A stretch of DNA of 62,196 bases, the filler included, from Sphacelaria rigidula (lineage: Eukaryota): the NCBI GenBank assembly GCA_964200075.2. It is 7 parts of 7 records of this genome, joined end to end, with 100 filler letters (N's around TTAATTAATTAA, not from the genome) between each part and the next. Parts side by side here need not be neighbours in the genome. Positions count along the whole stretch, not along the records: positions 8,901 to 17,700 come from CAXNAA020010064.1; positions 17,801 to 26,600 come from CAXNAA020010065.1; 5 more parts are not named here. One strand, 5' to 3'. The notes under the pieces were generated by a model that did no database searches, was not told where the DNA came from, and saw nothing but the letters and a program-made list of their open reading frames with translations. Positions within the stretch are counted from its first letter, which is position 1. Each line of letters opens with the position of its first letter. Of the stretch, positions 12,240 to 23,620 are shown piece by piece. The position numbers and the translations under genes were made by a program.

Positions 12240-13177
12240 CTGCGGGACGGTACACACACATACACACACACACATGTTTTACGCACGTCTTGTACCCGGG
12301 GAGAGATGGGCTGATTCCTTGAGACCACGGACTCGTCCCGGGGAAGGGGGGGGTTGAAGTGCGACAAATAAAAAAATAAATGAGAAAATAGAGGCGCAAG
12401 GTAAGTTGAGAGAAGTGATGGGCGAAAGAGTACTGCATTATTCCCCACGGCACTGCGATATCCTGTGCGCACCCCATGCGACAACACTCTAAGACCGAAG
12501 AACGGAAAATGCTGGGAGCTACTACTGTACTGTATATCCCATTCGCACTCGTGCGCAAGGCTAACTAACAAGCCACATTTAATCTGTGCTGGATGGACAA
12601 CGAACGCGTTCATGTTGATGGACGTGCGCAACACCAACAACCCCCTCCCTCTGGTAGCACCTCTCCTGGTGGAACTCTACGGGCGAAGGGGAGGGAGGGG
12701 GGTCCTTCACGAGACCGTGATTTGAACCCTGGTTTTGTTTCACCACTCTTGCACCCAACCCTTATCTTGCAAAGAGAGAAAGCGGGGTACGTCCGATACG
12801 TTCGATTCTACACCACTGGACGATGGAATTCTCAGGACCTCCACATTGTTCTAATTGTAATTATAATGGAAATATTATATCATTGATAATTATAATTATT
12901 TTTACGACTCTGTACTCATTGAATTTCTCCATTGTTAATATAATGATTCAAGTGAAGATGCAAAATAATATAGTTATTATTCATAAATAAGAATCTTCAT
13001 AATAATTAACAATATCATTGATGATCTGGGGAGTGTCAAAAGCACTACTAAATAATAATAATATTATTACTCATAATACATAAAAATTAACAAGAAAGAT
13101 AATGATGATAATGATAACAACACCAAGAGTAACGACAACAATAACAACAAAGTTGCAAAATCTCAACAGTGTAATAC

Positions 13178-13315
13178 CTGTCGGACGTCAAGAGGGGCGA
13201 GGCAAACTCCGAAACATCGAACGCGTCGGATCATGTCGACAAGGGACCCGTTCGCCAAAGACTTCTGTCCGCTCGCGATGAGGGAGCGGTGCATCAACAT
13301 GAGGGGCTCCACCAC
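13178..13315 (-). CDS. PPC: Phosphoenolpyruvate carboxylase, internal exon
   Basis: VVEPLMLMHRSLIASGQKSLANGSLVDMIRRVRCFGVCLAPLDVRQ, a typical PEPC segment with canonical splice sites in phase 0. Confidence 0.93.
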
Positions 13316-13508
13316 CTGCGTGTCACAAATAACAAAACATAAAAGCGCCAGCAACATCACTGAATCGATCAATTCACAAATCAATCATTCGATGAGCGCA
13401 CCACACACGCACACGTGAAAAGCCACCAAGGAAGATAAAAATAGAATAAATACGAAGCAAGAGGAAAAACAAAATGGCCCAAGACAAGGAAGACGAGACG
13501 AAACATAC

Positions 13509-13571
13509 CTGGCGCATGCTGTTGATTGGGAGAGCGTCGACATCATACGGCCGCTCTCCGTCCTTCATTTC
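13509..13571 (-). CDS. PPC: Phosphoenolpyruvate carboxylase, short internal exon
   Basis: 63 bp, EMKDGERPYDVDALPINSMRQ. CAG acceptor and CAG|GTATGT donor; phase 0/0 bridges the neighbouring exons. Confidence 0.75.
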
Positions 13572-13681
13572 CTGTTTCGACAAAACATGAGAAACGACAA
13601 AAAAAAAAAAGAACGGAACGGAACGGAAAACATGTCCTTGAAAAGACCCCGAAAGAATCAGGGTTGAAAACTGGAGTGTTT

Positions 13682-14887
13682 CAAGGGTAGGTCGAGTAGA
13701 GTATACTCAATACTCAGTATTTTCCAAGAGTCATACTTCTAGTACTCAAAATTTGAGTCGAGTATTGGAAGCCGTACTCGACGTACTCGAAATTTGAGTA
13801 GAGTATTCGAGACCATACGACTGGTGCACAGAATAAATGGGACGACAACACACACAACACTCAAGTGATACTCTATACTCGAGTATTACTGAGAGTACTT
13901 CCTCAAAAATTGAGTGGAGTATTTGAGGCGTACTCAACGCACTCAAAGTTGGAGAAGAGTATTTGAGACCGTACTCGACCTACTCAAAATTTGAGTAGAG
14001 TATTTGAGGCAGTACTCGACGTAATCAAACTTGAGTAGAGTATCGGAGGCCGTACTCGACCTGCTCAAAATTTGAGAGGAGTATCTGAGGTCGGATCGTA
14101 TGTACCGAAAACCTATAACTTCAACTTCAATATTCAAATTCGTACGCAAGATACTCAAACTCGGGTAGAGGAAATACCGAGGTATTCCTCGCATTGCCCG
14201 CCCATGATGAGTGTTGATTCAAGGTCGAACTGTCTTGTCAAACCGTGGCCAGTAGAGTCGCTCATTTTGATATTACCTACTCGATTACTCCATAACTCGA
14301 TGATGATGGGTAGCGCTCTGTACTGAAAGTGATATCAAAGGCGTTAAGAGTTATCGAGTACGAACTGCCGTGGGTGGGGGCTGGTGAGATTGGGCGCTGG
14401 GGCAAGTAGGTTCGTTCACCTGCACGCTTCTTGATTTTTTCATGGCTACCATTCGCTCGTACTCCTTGTTGGCTGTGATGTAATGTCGCCCATTTAATTG
14501 ATGACCATCGTTCGCCCATGCATTCAACATAGTCTGTGAACTGACATCACGGAGTCGCGGACTGTCAGGGGTACTCAACACACCCAAGGGAAACTCTATA
14601 CTCAAGTGTTACTGAGAGTGCTTACTCAATATTTGAGTACAGTGTTTAAGATCATACTCAACCTACTCGAAATTTGAGTAGAGTATTTGAGACCGTACTC
14701 AACCTACTCAAGATTTGAGTAGAGTATTCGAGACCACACTCAAGTGAAACTCTATACTCAAGTATTACTGAGAGTACTTCCTCAAAAATTGAGTAGAGTA
14801 TTTGAGGCCGTAATCGACCTTCTCAAACGTCGAGTAGAGTAAATACTCGAGTACTCAAAAGTACATATTCTACTCGACCTACAGTAG
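13682..14887. mobile_element. 1.2-kb non-autonomous TIR element with about 41-bp palindromic tandem subrepeats (hAT/P-type)
   Basis: Perfect 8-bp TSD GAGTGTTT (13674-13681 and 14888-14895); inverted GTAGGTCGAGTAGA near both ends; arrays of TACTCAAAATTTGAGTAGAGTATTTGAG(A/G)CCGTACTCGACC. Confidence 0.8.
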
Positions 14888-14981
14888 GAGTGTTTCACCA
14901 AATGAACAGCGAGGAAAATCAAAGGAGGTACGGTACGTGGACGCCTTGCATTTTGGTCTCGCAATTTGTATCAGCACTTCC

Positions 14982-15416
14982 GCAAACACGAGATTTTACT
15001 AATTGGAGACGGATTTTTCTTCACTGGGGATGGAACCCCGGAAAATTAAAACATTTGTATCCACACCAAATCTACGAAGTATGGTTCCATTTCTTCATTT
15101 GCTGGTAGCTATTCGACATATACTACACACCATAGAAATTTGTGTTTCGACAACCGAAAACTCGAGGTCCTAGATGAAAAACCAATTTTGGTGTCCGATC
15201 GAATTACCCACCCCAACTGGTCTGTCACGTAGGACCCCGATATTTCGGTTATCAAAACCCAAATTTCTATGGCGTGTAGCAGCTGTCAAACAGCTACCAG
15301 CAGGTGAAGAAATGGAACCATGTTTCGAAGATTCGGTGTGGATACGGAGATTTTAATCCTACGGTTCTCATCCCCAATAAAAAAACCATCTCCAATTTGT
15401 AGGATCTCGTGTTCGC
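14982..15416. mobile_element. Foldback MITE family F (long inverted arms)
   Basis: About 180-bp inverted arms (..GTATCCACACCAAATCT.CGAAGTATGGTTCCATTTCTTCA.. and its complement); second copy at 55021-55371. Confidence 0.8.
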
Positions 15417-15563
15417 ACCGCGCCAGCTCGCGTCAAACAAACTCACCAAACACGCCAAGAGCGAAAATAAGAAAGCAAATAAACGACGACAACGACGACA
15501 ACGACGACAACAACAACAACAGAACTTGCTTGCATGCTCATGGATCACTTTTTGCTGACTTGC

Positions 15564-15669
15564 CATGATCATCTCGATAGTGTCCTTAAGGCCCATCTCC
15601 AGCGGCTTGAGCACTTCGCGGTACGGCTCCCTCGCCCCACCTGCAATTTCCCTCAGTTCGGGCGAGCAC
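15564..15669 (-). CDS. PPC: Phosphoenolpyruvate carboxylase, internal exon (3' boundary 15564 with a GC donor, or 15549 with a weak GT donor)
   Basis: CSPELREIAGGAREPYREVLKPLEMGLKDTIEMIM contains the PEPC EPYR motif. Phase-2 acceptor completes K from the upstream exon. Confidence 0.88.
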
Positions 15670-15884
15670 CTGCATTTCACGTCGGGTGTAATTATGCGAC
15701 GTTCGAGGGATAGTGAACCAACCATCACCCACTCGAGGAGCTGAGCACACCCTGGACAATAGATGCCATTGTAAAAAAAAATGGCGCAATAGTCGGTACT
15801 GTACGCAGTATATTTTTGACTGCGTATTTCTTTGTCCAGGGTATGGAGCTGAGATTTTATTGGAAGGCAGCCAGCCACGGCTAA

Positions 15885-16364
15885 GGCCGCTCCTTATAAC
15901 AGACGAAAATAAAAATCTGGAAACGTGATTTCTTGGAGCTTTTACGTCGTTCTACGCCCCAAAAGAGAGCCAGGCGGAGTTTGACACCTTGGAATGACTT
16001 GCTCTACTAGTTGAGGCGGTTCCAGGACGTCTCCCCGTTTTCCGGTGGCCGGAGTTTTCATTTGGCGAAACAATATCCTTTGTCCAAGAACGGTAAAAAA
16101 CAGTCAAGTCCAGAGAAGAGTGGCCCTTTGTTTCTAGATTTGACTGTTTATTACTGTTCTTGGACGAAGGATATTGTTTCGCCAAAATGAAAACTGCGGC
16201 CACCGGAAAACGGGAAGACGTCCTGGAACCGCCTCAATGAGTAGAGCAAGTCATTTCCAAGGTGTCAAACTCAGCCGAGCTCTCTATTGGGGGGTAAAAC
16301 GACATGAAAGCTGCAAGAAATCACTTTTCCAGATTCTTATTTTTGTCTGTTAGAAGGAGCGGCC
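15885..16364. mobile_element. 480-bp near-perfect foldback element (Harbinger-like ends)
   Basis: Ends GGCCGCTCCTT / AAGGAGCGGCC; arms of about 230 bp pair almost throughout; flanked by TAA and AAA. Confidence 0.85.
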
Positions 16365-17407
16365 AAAGGGTTCTTATTAACGGGGCAATCTCTTCAGATT
16401 TTCTTTCCCAAGTTTTTTTCTCGATAAATAAGAAAAAAAATCACCGTCCATCCCCTCCCCCCCCTCTCCCCCCTAAAAAAAATGTTGGAAAAAAATATGA
16501 CGCTAGATCTCGGGGAGCGATCAGCAGTCCCGTCTTGATTATTTGTCTGCGAAGGGTGGTGTATCGGTGAATCGGCATGATTTTCACCTGAGAATGAAAT
16601 CGGAATGACGTCAATTCATAGTTGGACCACCGCTTGCACTCAGGGGGTTATAAATCGAACTATTAATAGTGTCCGACCCGGCGAATAAATTTGCTCTTCC
16701 CAGAATATCGTCGTCATACGTTTGGGACACTTAGCACGCCACCGCGAGTACTAAACCTCGCCACAATTTCATGTCCAGCTGTATTTTTGGCCAGGGGTCA
16801 TTCTCGAAACATCGAAGCCAGGCGAATTGAAAAAAGTGGGCTAGGCCCCTCTCGGACGGAGAACGCAAAGTGTCCGAGACATGTGATGGTGATATTCCTT
16901 GTTTGAGGACCAAAAACATTGTCGAATGTCCCACAAGTGAGAAATACGTCCCCACCTCCTACAAAAAAAAATCGTGGGAAACGGTAAAAGTATCAGGATA
17001 TGTATCGAACAAACTTCTTCCTTCGCGAGTGTTCTCCAAAACGATATATATATATACATGTTTCTTATGTTGACCAATAGTTTCAAGCAAAGTATTCAAC
17101 ACATACAGGAATATATCGAACGCAATTCTTCCTCCACGACTGTCCAACATATATATATGGATAGATACTGTATTCAGAGAGTTCTTTTTCCCCCTCCGAT
17201 CCTGTGTTCCGACGAATTCTCCCGACAAAGAAAAAAAAAAACTATCCTCAAAATAACTGTTTCTGAGTCTTGAACCGCCAGCCTGGCTCTCGTCTGTTTG
17301 AATCAGCATCAATATCACTTTGAAAAAAAAAACATGAAATTACCCGCATTACCTGCCCACTCGCGGCCAAGGGGCTAACGCATCCGAGTTTTCATTTATT
17401 CTCTTAC

Positions 17408-17530
17408 TTGGTCGTACTGAGCTCCATCTGCAATTGAAGCACATCCCTCAGCATGAGGACCGCGGCCTGCCAACGAGCGGTGAACGACACTTGGCGGGTG
17501 ACCTCCGGCGTCACATTCGGATTACCATCC
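17408..17530 (-). CDS. PPC: Phosphoenolpyruvate carboxylase, internal exon (upstream exons outside this contig)
   Basis: (R)[26 protein letters not shown], second half of the PEPC GGDRDGNP motif. CAG acceptor, AA|GTAAG donor. Confidence 0.93.
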
Positions 17531-17700
17531 CTGGGCACATGAGAAGACGAGGGCACAGAATATTGCGCGTTGAAAAAAAAAAAGACAGGCAGGCGGGCAG
17601 AGACGAGTAGATGGTGACATGACAATAAAAAGACAATAAAAAGGCAAAAGAATACGGTAAATGTATATATACATACATACATTTATGGGCCATATCAGGC

Positions 17701-17800
17701 NNNNNNNNNNNNNNNNNNNNNNNNNNNNNNNNNNNNNNNNNNNNTTAATTAATTAANNNNNNNNNNNNNNNNNNNNNNNNNNNNNNNNNNNNNNNNNNNN
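17701..17800. other. Artificial contig linker
   Basis: N44-TTAATTAATTAA-N44. Confidence 0.98.
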
Positions 17801-18637
17801 AACTGATACAGCGAGCGAGTACAAAGAATTTGCGACGGTACTCAAGAAGAGGGCTCGTTGGACGTGCAACACATAAGCCGGTCATCGAAAGCCAACGTGA
17901 ATCCAACGGTATTAAGCTGTCAAAAAAACAAAAAAGAAGCAAAGAAAAGAGTAGGGAGGGAAACGAATAACAGGGTACGCCGAAAGAACTAGTCCGTTGG
18001 AGAGGTTGATGGTGTACGCGGTTGGGCAATCGCACACACCGGGTATATGCCCCAGAAAGGGGTTGGTACGGGACGTGTTGAAGAATACCCACGGTGTGCA
18101 TCGGCCGCCTCCGAATACAGACAAAACAAGGAAAACAGGTGGCCATGCAAGGTAGGAAGAAGGGGAAACAGGGCAGAACAAAAAGAAAACAGAAAGCAAA
18201 AAAAACAAGAACGAAAAACAAAAAACAAAAAACAGAAAACAGAAAACAGAAAAAAATACAAAAGCTAACAAAAGACAAGGAAAAGAGAACACAAAAGCTT
18301 CATACAGTAACAGGCATACGCGGCAACGGTTCACGGTAGAACACCGACATACGCAGCTACTGGGTACTGCCGAGGAAAACATGGGCAACCGGGCTACACG
18401 GTGTTCAAAGAAACGAGATCACGAGAGGACAAGAGAAACCAGGGGGAATTTTGAAAGAAAAAAAAAAACACGACGAGACCAGGGGGACTGCGATTGGCGC
18501 CAGGGAAAAACGCAGACAACCGGCTCACAACGGTACTTGAGGAAACGACACCAACGACAAGACAAGGAAAAAAATAAATCAGGGGGGATTTCAAAGAACA
18601 CGAATAAAATCGGGAGGAACGCAATTCGCTATCAAGA

Positions 18638-19336
18638 TTATTCCGTGTTGCACGCCGTGTTGGGGTTGCGCAAGACAGCTGTGTCGATGTCCCCTTTGTC
18701 GTGTCGTTGTAGGCACCAAGATCCTCGGCGAGCGGTCGGCATCTCGGTGTAGTAATCGTCGTGGAGACGGATCTTGAGAGGACCCGGGTCATCGAGGAAG
18801 CGGATGAAGTAGGAATCGCCCGCCTCAGGATCTATCAAATGAATCTTCCCAAGGCACCACCGCGAATCTAAAGCCCTGTACCAAAAATATGCACCTTTCG
18901 GCAAACGTTTCTTCGAAAAAGAGCGCAGGCATTGCGAACGAGAAATGAGACTATGGCCCGAAATGACAAATCGTGCCGAGTGTTCTCGGGCCAGTTCACG
19001 AGCTGCTGCGCCTTTTCTCATAGACCTATATCGGTTGTTTAACGGGCGGTGTTGGACGACATCTCCGACCCAATATTGAACTATCTCTCTTCGAAAATGA
19101 CGCAAATCCTCCTCCCGTTCCCACGTAACACGCATGAGGTCTTTCCAGTGAGTCTGATACATAACCGCAATTTTACCGCCTCGACCTCGAACTAATTGAT
19201 GGCCCGAGATGCGATCTACCACTACACGTTCAAGAAGACCGTCAGCGTCTTCAACCGTCATGTGGTACGGGGGGGATTTCGCCGCATACCTGGTTAGCAC
19301 ATACTGGCTGAGCCCCATAGGCAAATTGCTCGATAT
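18638..19336 (-). pseudogene. Gypsy pol C-terminus with chromodomain-like region
   Basis: VVDRISGHQLVRGRGGKIAVMYQTHWKDLMRVTWEREEDL fits the chromo pattern (Y..HW......TWE.E..L). Confidence 0.7.
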
Positions 19337-19655
19337 AACCAAAGTTGATCGTTCTTCTTTCTGATTTTACTTCTTTCTTTCCGTTATTCTCTGTGCTTTT
19401 TCCCCTTCCTTTTCCTTCTCTTCCCTTTTCCATTTCCTCTGTCTCTACATTGTTTTTCCTTCTGTTTTTTTTTGTTTTCTCCGCTACCATAACATAGCCC
19501 ACATAGTCATGAAATAGAAAAGCTAACCACCGTTTTTCTTTCACCGACCATAACACAGCCCGGACAAAGATATACAATAACGAAGCTAAATATCCTTTTT
19601 CATCAGCCTACCATAACCAAGCCCTGACATAGACATGGAATAGAGAAGCTAAACA

Positions 19656-21049
19656 TCATTTTTGCCCAATATCACTAGTGTCGTGAGGGGGCAGACACGG
19701 CTTGCACCGAAGCATCGAGACCCGGTTTTGGGGTTTGACGCCAGGTTCATCCGTGGGAAAATCCAAATACAAAAGCTTCTCACCCCCTGGTTTATCGTCA
19801 GGTGCGGTATCACAGGACCCACCTGCCAAAATCTTCCAAGGACCAGTCCAATTCAAGCAAAGCTTTGACTTCAACACCTTATCCGGCGACGACTTAGCAG
19901 AGCTTGCACCTTGGGTTACAGTTCTCACATCGTTATACACCCATGCCCAGTCACGTACTTTGTGCACCGGACGGTTGTTCACTGCATCATCCAACACGCG
20001 GTTCGCCTTAGCTACCTTTGCTGCGTTGATCAAATTCTGCTCCCGTACCACCTCATATGCAAGAGGAAGACGATTACTAACAGACATATGATACTCCACG
20101 ATATCCCGATCCAAGCTCTGATGACCACCAGGGGGTTTCCTGTCGAACACTGTCAATGGCAGCGCATACGACCAATATGAACTTCATTGGGGGCCAAGCC
20201 TGTGGCGGCATTGACGGAGTTGTTATAGTTCATTTGGACAAGGGGTAAGTGCAGGTCCCAGTCCGTTTGTCGCTCATTGGTCACTGTGGCAAGCATTTAC
20301 GCCATCGTGTGATGAACTCGTTCGGTCCCACCGTTTGTGGACGGATGGTATGAACTAGTAAAAATACGATGGGCACCCAGGAGATTACTGATCGCGGCAG
20401 AAAGTTTGCCGGCAAAATGTGGGCCGTTATCGGATAACAAACGTTTGGGGACACCCCACTGAGGGATGTATGTGTACACAAGGGCGTTGGCAGTCCCTTC
20501 TGTAGTATAGTTGGCCTCCGAAACAGCAGTCATCACAGCATGTCGACTGAACCGATCTGTAAACAACAAAATGTACTTGTTACCACTATCAGTGAGGGGC
20601 AGCGGGCCAAAGTAGTCCCATGACACTATTTCACCAGGCCCATTGGGAAGGGGCATAGAGATTACCGGCCATCTAACTGTTTGACGCGAAGTTTTGCGTG
20701 CTTGGCAAAGAAGACACCGCCGAACCCACCAACGCAGACATTGGTCCATACAAATCCACCAAAAAAAACTTTGAAGCATCTAGGATGTCCTAGCGACGCC
20801 CAGATATGTGGATGCTTGCGAGTGGCATTCATGGAGAGCCCATGGACGCAGAAGTATCGGAACATAAATACGTACGGGAGCATCACCCAACAAAAGGGAG
20901 TGACTACTTGTAGATTTCCCTCCAGGAGGGTTTGTGGGGGGGCGGTGAACGAAAAGAACAACGCCATCATCATCCGTGTAAAGCATGCCTTTACGCGATA
21001 ATTCAGTAACTTTATCCTGTGTGGGGGCTCGGTGGGGCCCTACTGGCAA
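19656..21049 (-). pseudogene. Gypsy integrase (Zn-binding and core), disrupted
   Basis: LHECH..LGV..WW..M..WVRRCLLCQARK; VSWDYFGPLP..GNKYILLFTDRFSR; LSDNGPHF; TSSYHPSTNGGTER; KL..NWTGPWKI. In-frame stop at 20780. Confidence 0.92.
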
Positions 21050-21854
21050 AAGGAACTCACTTTATGGAAAGGGGGAGGGGCATCCTTTGGATAGATAACA
21101 TATAGCTGCTCTACAAGCAGGTTCATCTTGCTGTTCACGGGCCCAATCGGCGTGAGAAAAGAGGGTCAGTTCCTTGAAAACACTGTCGGAGGGGTTATCT
21201 AAAACGCAGGGGATCGAATCGCTGTGGGATGGACACGAGGCGTTATTTGGATCAAGGGCAGAAGGGGTGGTCAGTGTATTCTCAAATGGAACGTTCACCT
21301 CTATTCCTACGTTATGGAGGGTGTCGGATGGTGTGGTACCGGAGGTGGTACCATCACGGGGTGGGGAAGGCACAATCGAGGTCTCGATTATGGTGGGCAG
21401 AGGTAGGTGGTTTGGAAGGTGTCGATTTTCTGGGGGCTTTGAGCCGTGGAGGTAACGGGGGCGCAAGGAGGCTATCGGGGACTGGAGTGGGGTTGGGGAT
21501 CGGGAGGTCTGGGCCGACTGTTGCCAGAGCGGCAGCCGTTTCCGTGGCCCGGCTTCCTGGGGTCCGGCTCGGGATGAGGTCTCGGACTTGAACCGGGAGG
21601 ACGTAGTCAGTAGAAACCGGCTCTATAGTGCAAACCATCCGATGACCAGACGCACGAAATTGATCATCCCCGCCAGTAATTGCACGAATTTCACTCCCAA
21701 CTGAACACAACGATCGTAGGGCCAAACTGCCCAATTGCACGAATTTCACTCCCAACTGAACACAACGATCTTAGGGCCAAACTGCCCAATACAGAAGCGT
21801 GTGCCGAAGGCGTCAGCTTATTTTCAACAAGTGCCGAGGTGTGGTTCAGTGAGA

Positions 21855-22474
21855 ATGGCCTAGGAACCCGATGCGCGTGGCTCCAATGCGGGGTTTAGAT
21901 GGGGCGAGCTTTTATGTTGTTCAAAACGAGCAAAGAAGGACGCCAAATGTTCGACGTGCTTAGCAGGTGTACGGCCGTGAACCACCGCATCGTCGAGGTA
22001 CAGGCGGCATTTGGACAGGCCATCAATGACGCGAAACATCACATGTTGAAACGCTCCTGGGGCGCCGGCGGCACCTTGTGGAGTGATCAGCCACTCATGT
22101 AGACCTGACGGGGTGCAAAACGCCGTCAGTTCGATAGAGTGCGGATCCATCACCAGTTGGTGGTAACCGGACTGCATGTCGAAGATTGAAAAAACTTTGC
22201 TCCCGCCGAGGGAGTCGATGATTTCATCTATCCGGGGAAGAGGTAGACGTGAGATTTTGGTGACTGCGTTCAATCGTTGATAATTGACGGTCGGTCGGAT
22301 TTTACCATTCTTCTTCCGGACGACTACCAAAGGCGAGGCCCACGGAGACGTTGAGTGCCGTATTAACCCGGCGGACAAGTGTTCGCCGAGAATTACTTGA
22401 ATTTTACCCGCTAGAAGAGAGTTTATCTCTGAGCTGTCTGATTTTTTGAACGGTATAGTGTTGCAGCGGCCCAA
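21855..22474 (-). pseudogene. Gypsy reverse transcriptase, disrupted
   Basis: SPWASPLVVVRKKNGKIR..NYQRLN; FSIFDMQSGYHQL; TAFCTPSGL; LYLDDAVV; a frameshifted FLGH near 21855-21866. Confidence 0.95.
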
Positions 22475-23034
22475 ATCTGTTGAGACGATCTGGAAAACCG
22501 TTCAGAGTATCGTATCAAGATGAAGCGCAACCGATCAATCACCGTGGGTGTCCAACCCTCACCAGAAAAATCAAACGCAATGTGTCTCAAATGGGGGGGA
22601 ATTTCATCCCATACTCGTTGAAAATTAACACGTTGCTCTGGCGAGAAGGTATCTAGTAAGGCAGTCGTAGGGTTTGTGTCAGGCGCAGCAGTCGATTCGT
22701 CTACAACCATGGGGTCAGTCTTGTCGAACGAAGTGGAACCGTTCGTCTCTGAGCTGTCTGATGATGTTTGCGGTGGCACCTTCAGACATACATTCGACAA
22801 GGCTGCCCGTAGGAGGGGCGCTTGAGCAAAACCCAACAACTGACCAGGGAGGACATCGAGACATGCAGAGGACGTGAGGGGAATGGATTGGCGACCCTCA
22901 TGGACAAATAGATCGGTCTGATCAAAGGGGGGAATTTTACTGTCTGGGGTTTGGTTGGGATTGGTTAAGTCGACCAAGTACTGTCCAGTGAGGGCCGGGG
23001 ATCCGTTCCGTCTCACAAGATTTACATGAATGTG

Positions 23035-23620
23035 TTAAGTATCACGGGACAAAGAGACGACGTGGTCTCCAACATAATACAGTCGAAAAGCATCATCTGT
23101 TTGTGTTGGGTCATCGACATAGGCCTGAGCCTCTGGATCAGCGTCTTGGTCTTCCAATTTCAATCTGCCTGTCAGTGGTCGGTTCAAAACAGGTGAGTTC
23201 GTCGTGTATGTATGTGTGGAAAAACGTAGCCAGCTATCACGTCCCAAGAGAACATCAACCGACATGGAACCATCAGGCACAATGAGTGCCCACACAGCTA
23301 ATCGTGCAGTGGAACCCGTGTCATCGAAGAATTTCACACTGAGTCGTACTGTTTGATCAGCCGTAACGGGAGTGGAGGCACCAAACCCACCAAAAACACG
23401 AGGAGGGAACAGTAGAAAGGCAATGTTGGTCTGCTGCTCCGGCGTTCATCATGTGTTGCCGGCAGCTGGCTGTGATGAAAGTTTGTGGCGAGCCAGTGCC
23501 GGGCAGTGCAACAGCCATCAAAGGGCGTGTTGCATGCACTCCATTATGTATATCGATTCGGGTTGTGAAGGAGGCGTCATCCATTAGTGCAGGTCCACTT
23601 ACCAAGTCGGGTCCGTATTC
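23035..23620 (-). pseudogene. Gypsy aspartic protease remnant
   Basis: AVALPGTGSPQTFIT (degenerate LLDTGS) and, after a frameshift, DVLLGRDSW. Confidence 0.7.

Noticed and set aside
13740-14860. CRISPR-like array of palindromic repeats
   Set aside because: Units are contiguous and degenerate with no unique spacers, no cas genes, and lie inside a TSD-bounded element in a eukaryotic intron.
17745-18601. Phe-rich and Lys-rich ORFs, and the poly-Cys ORF at 43875-44135
   Set aside because: Translations of the low-complexity A-rich Gypsy 3' region and of the (CAA)n microsatellite.
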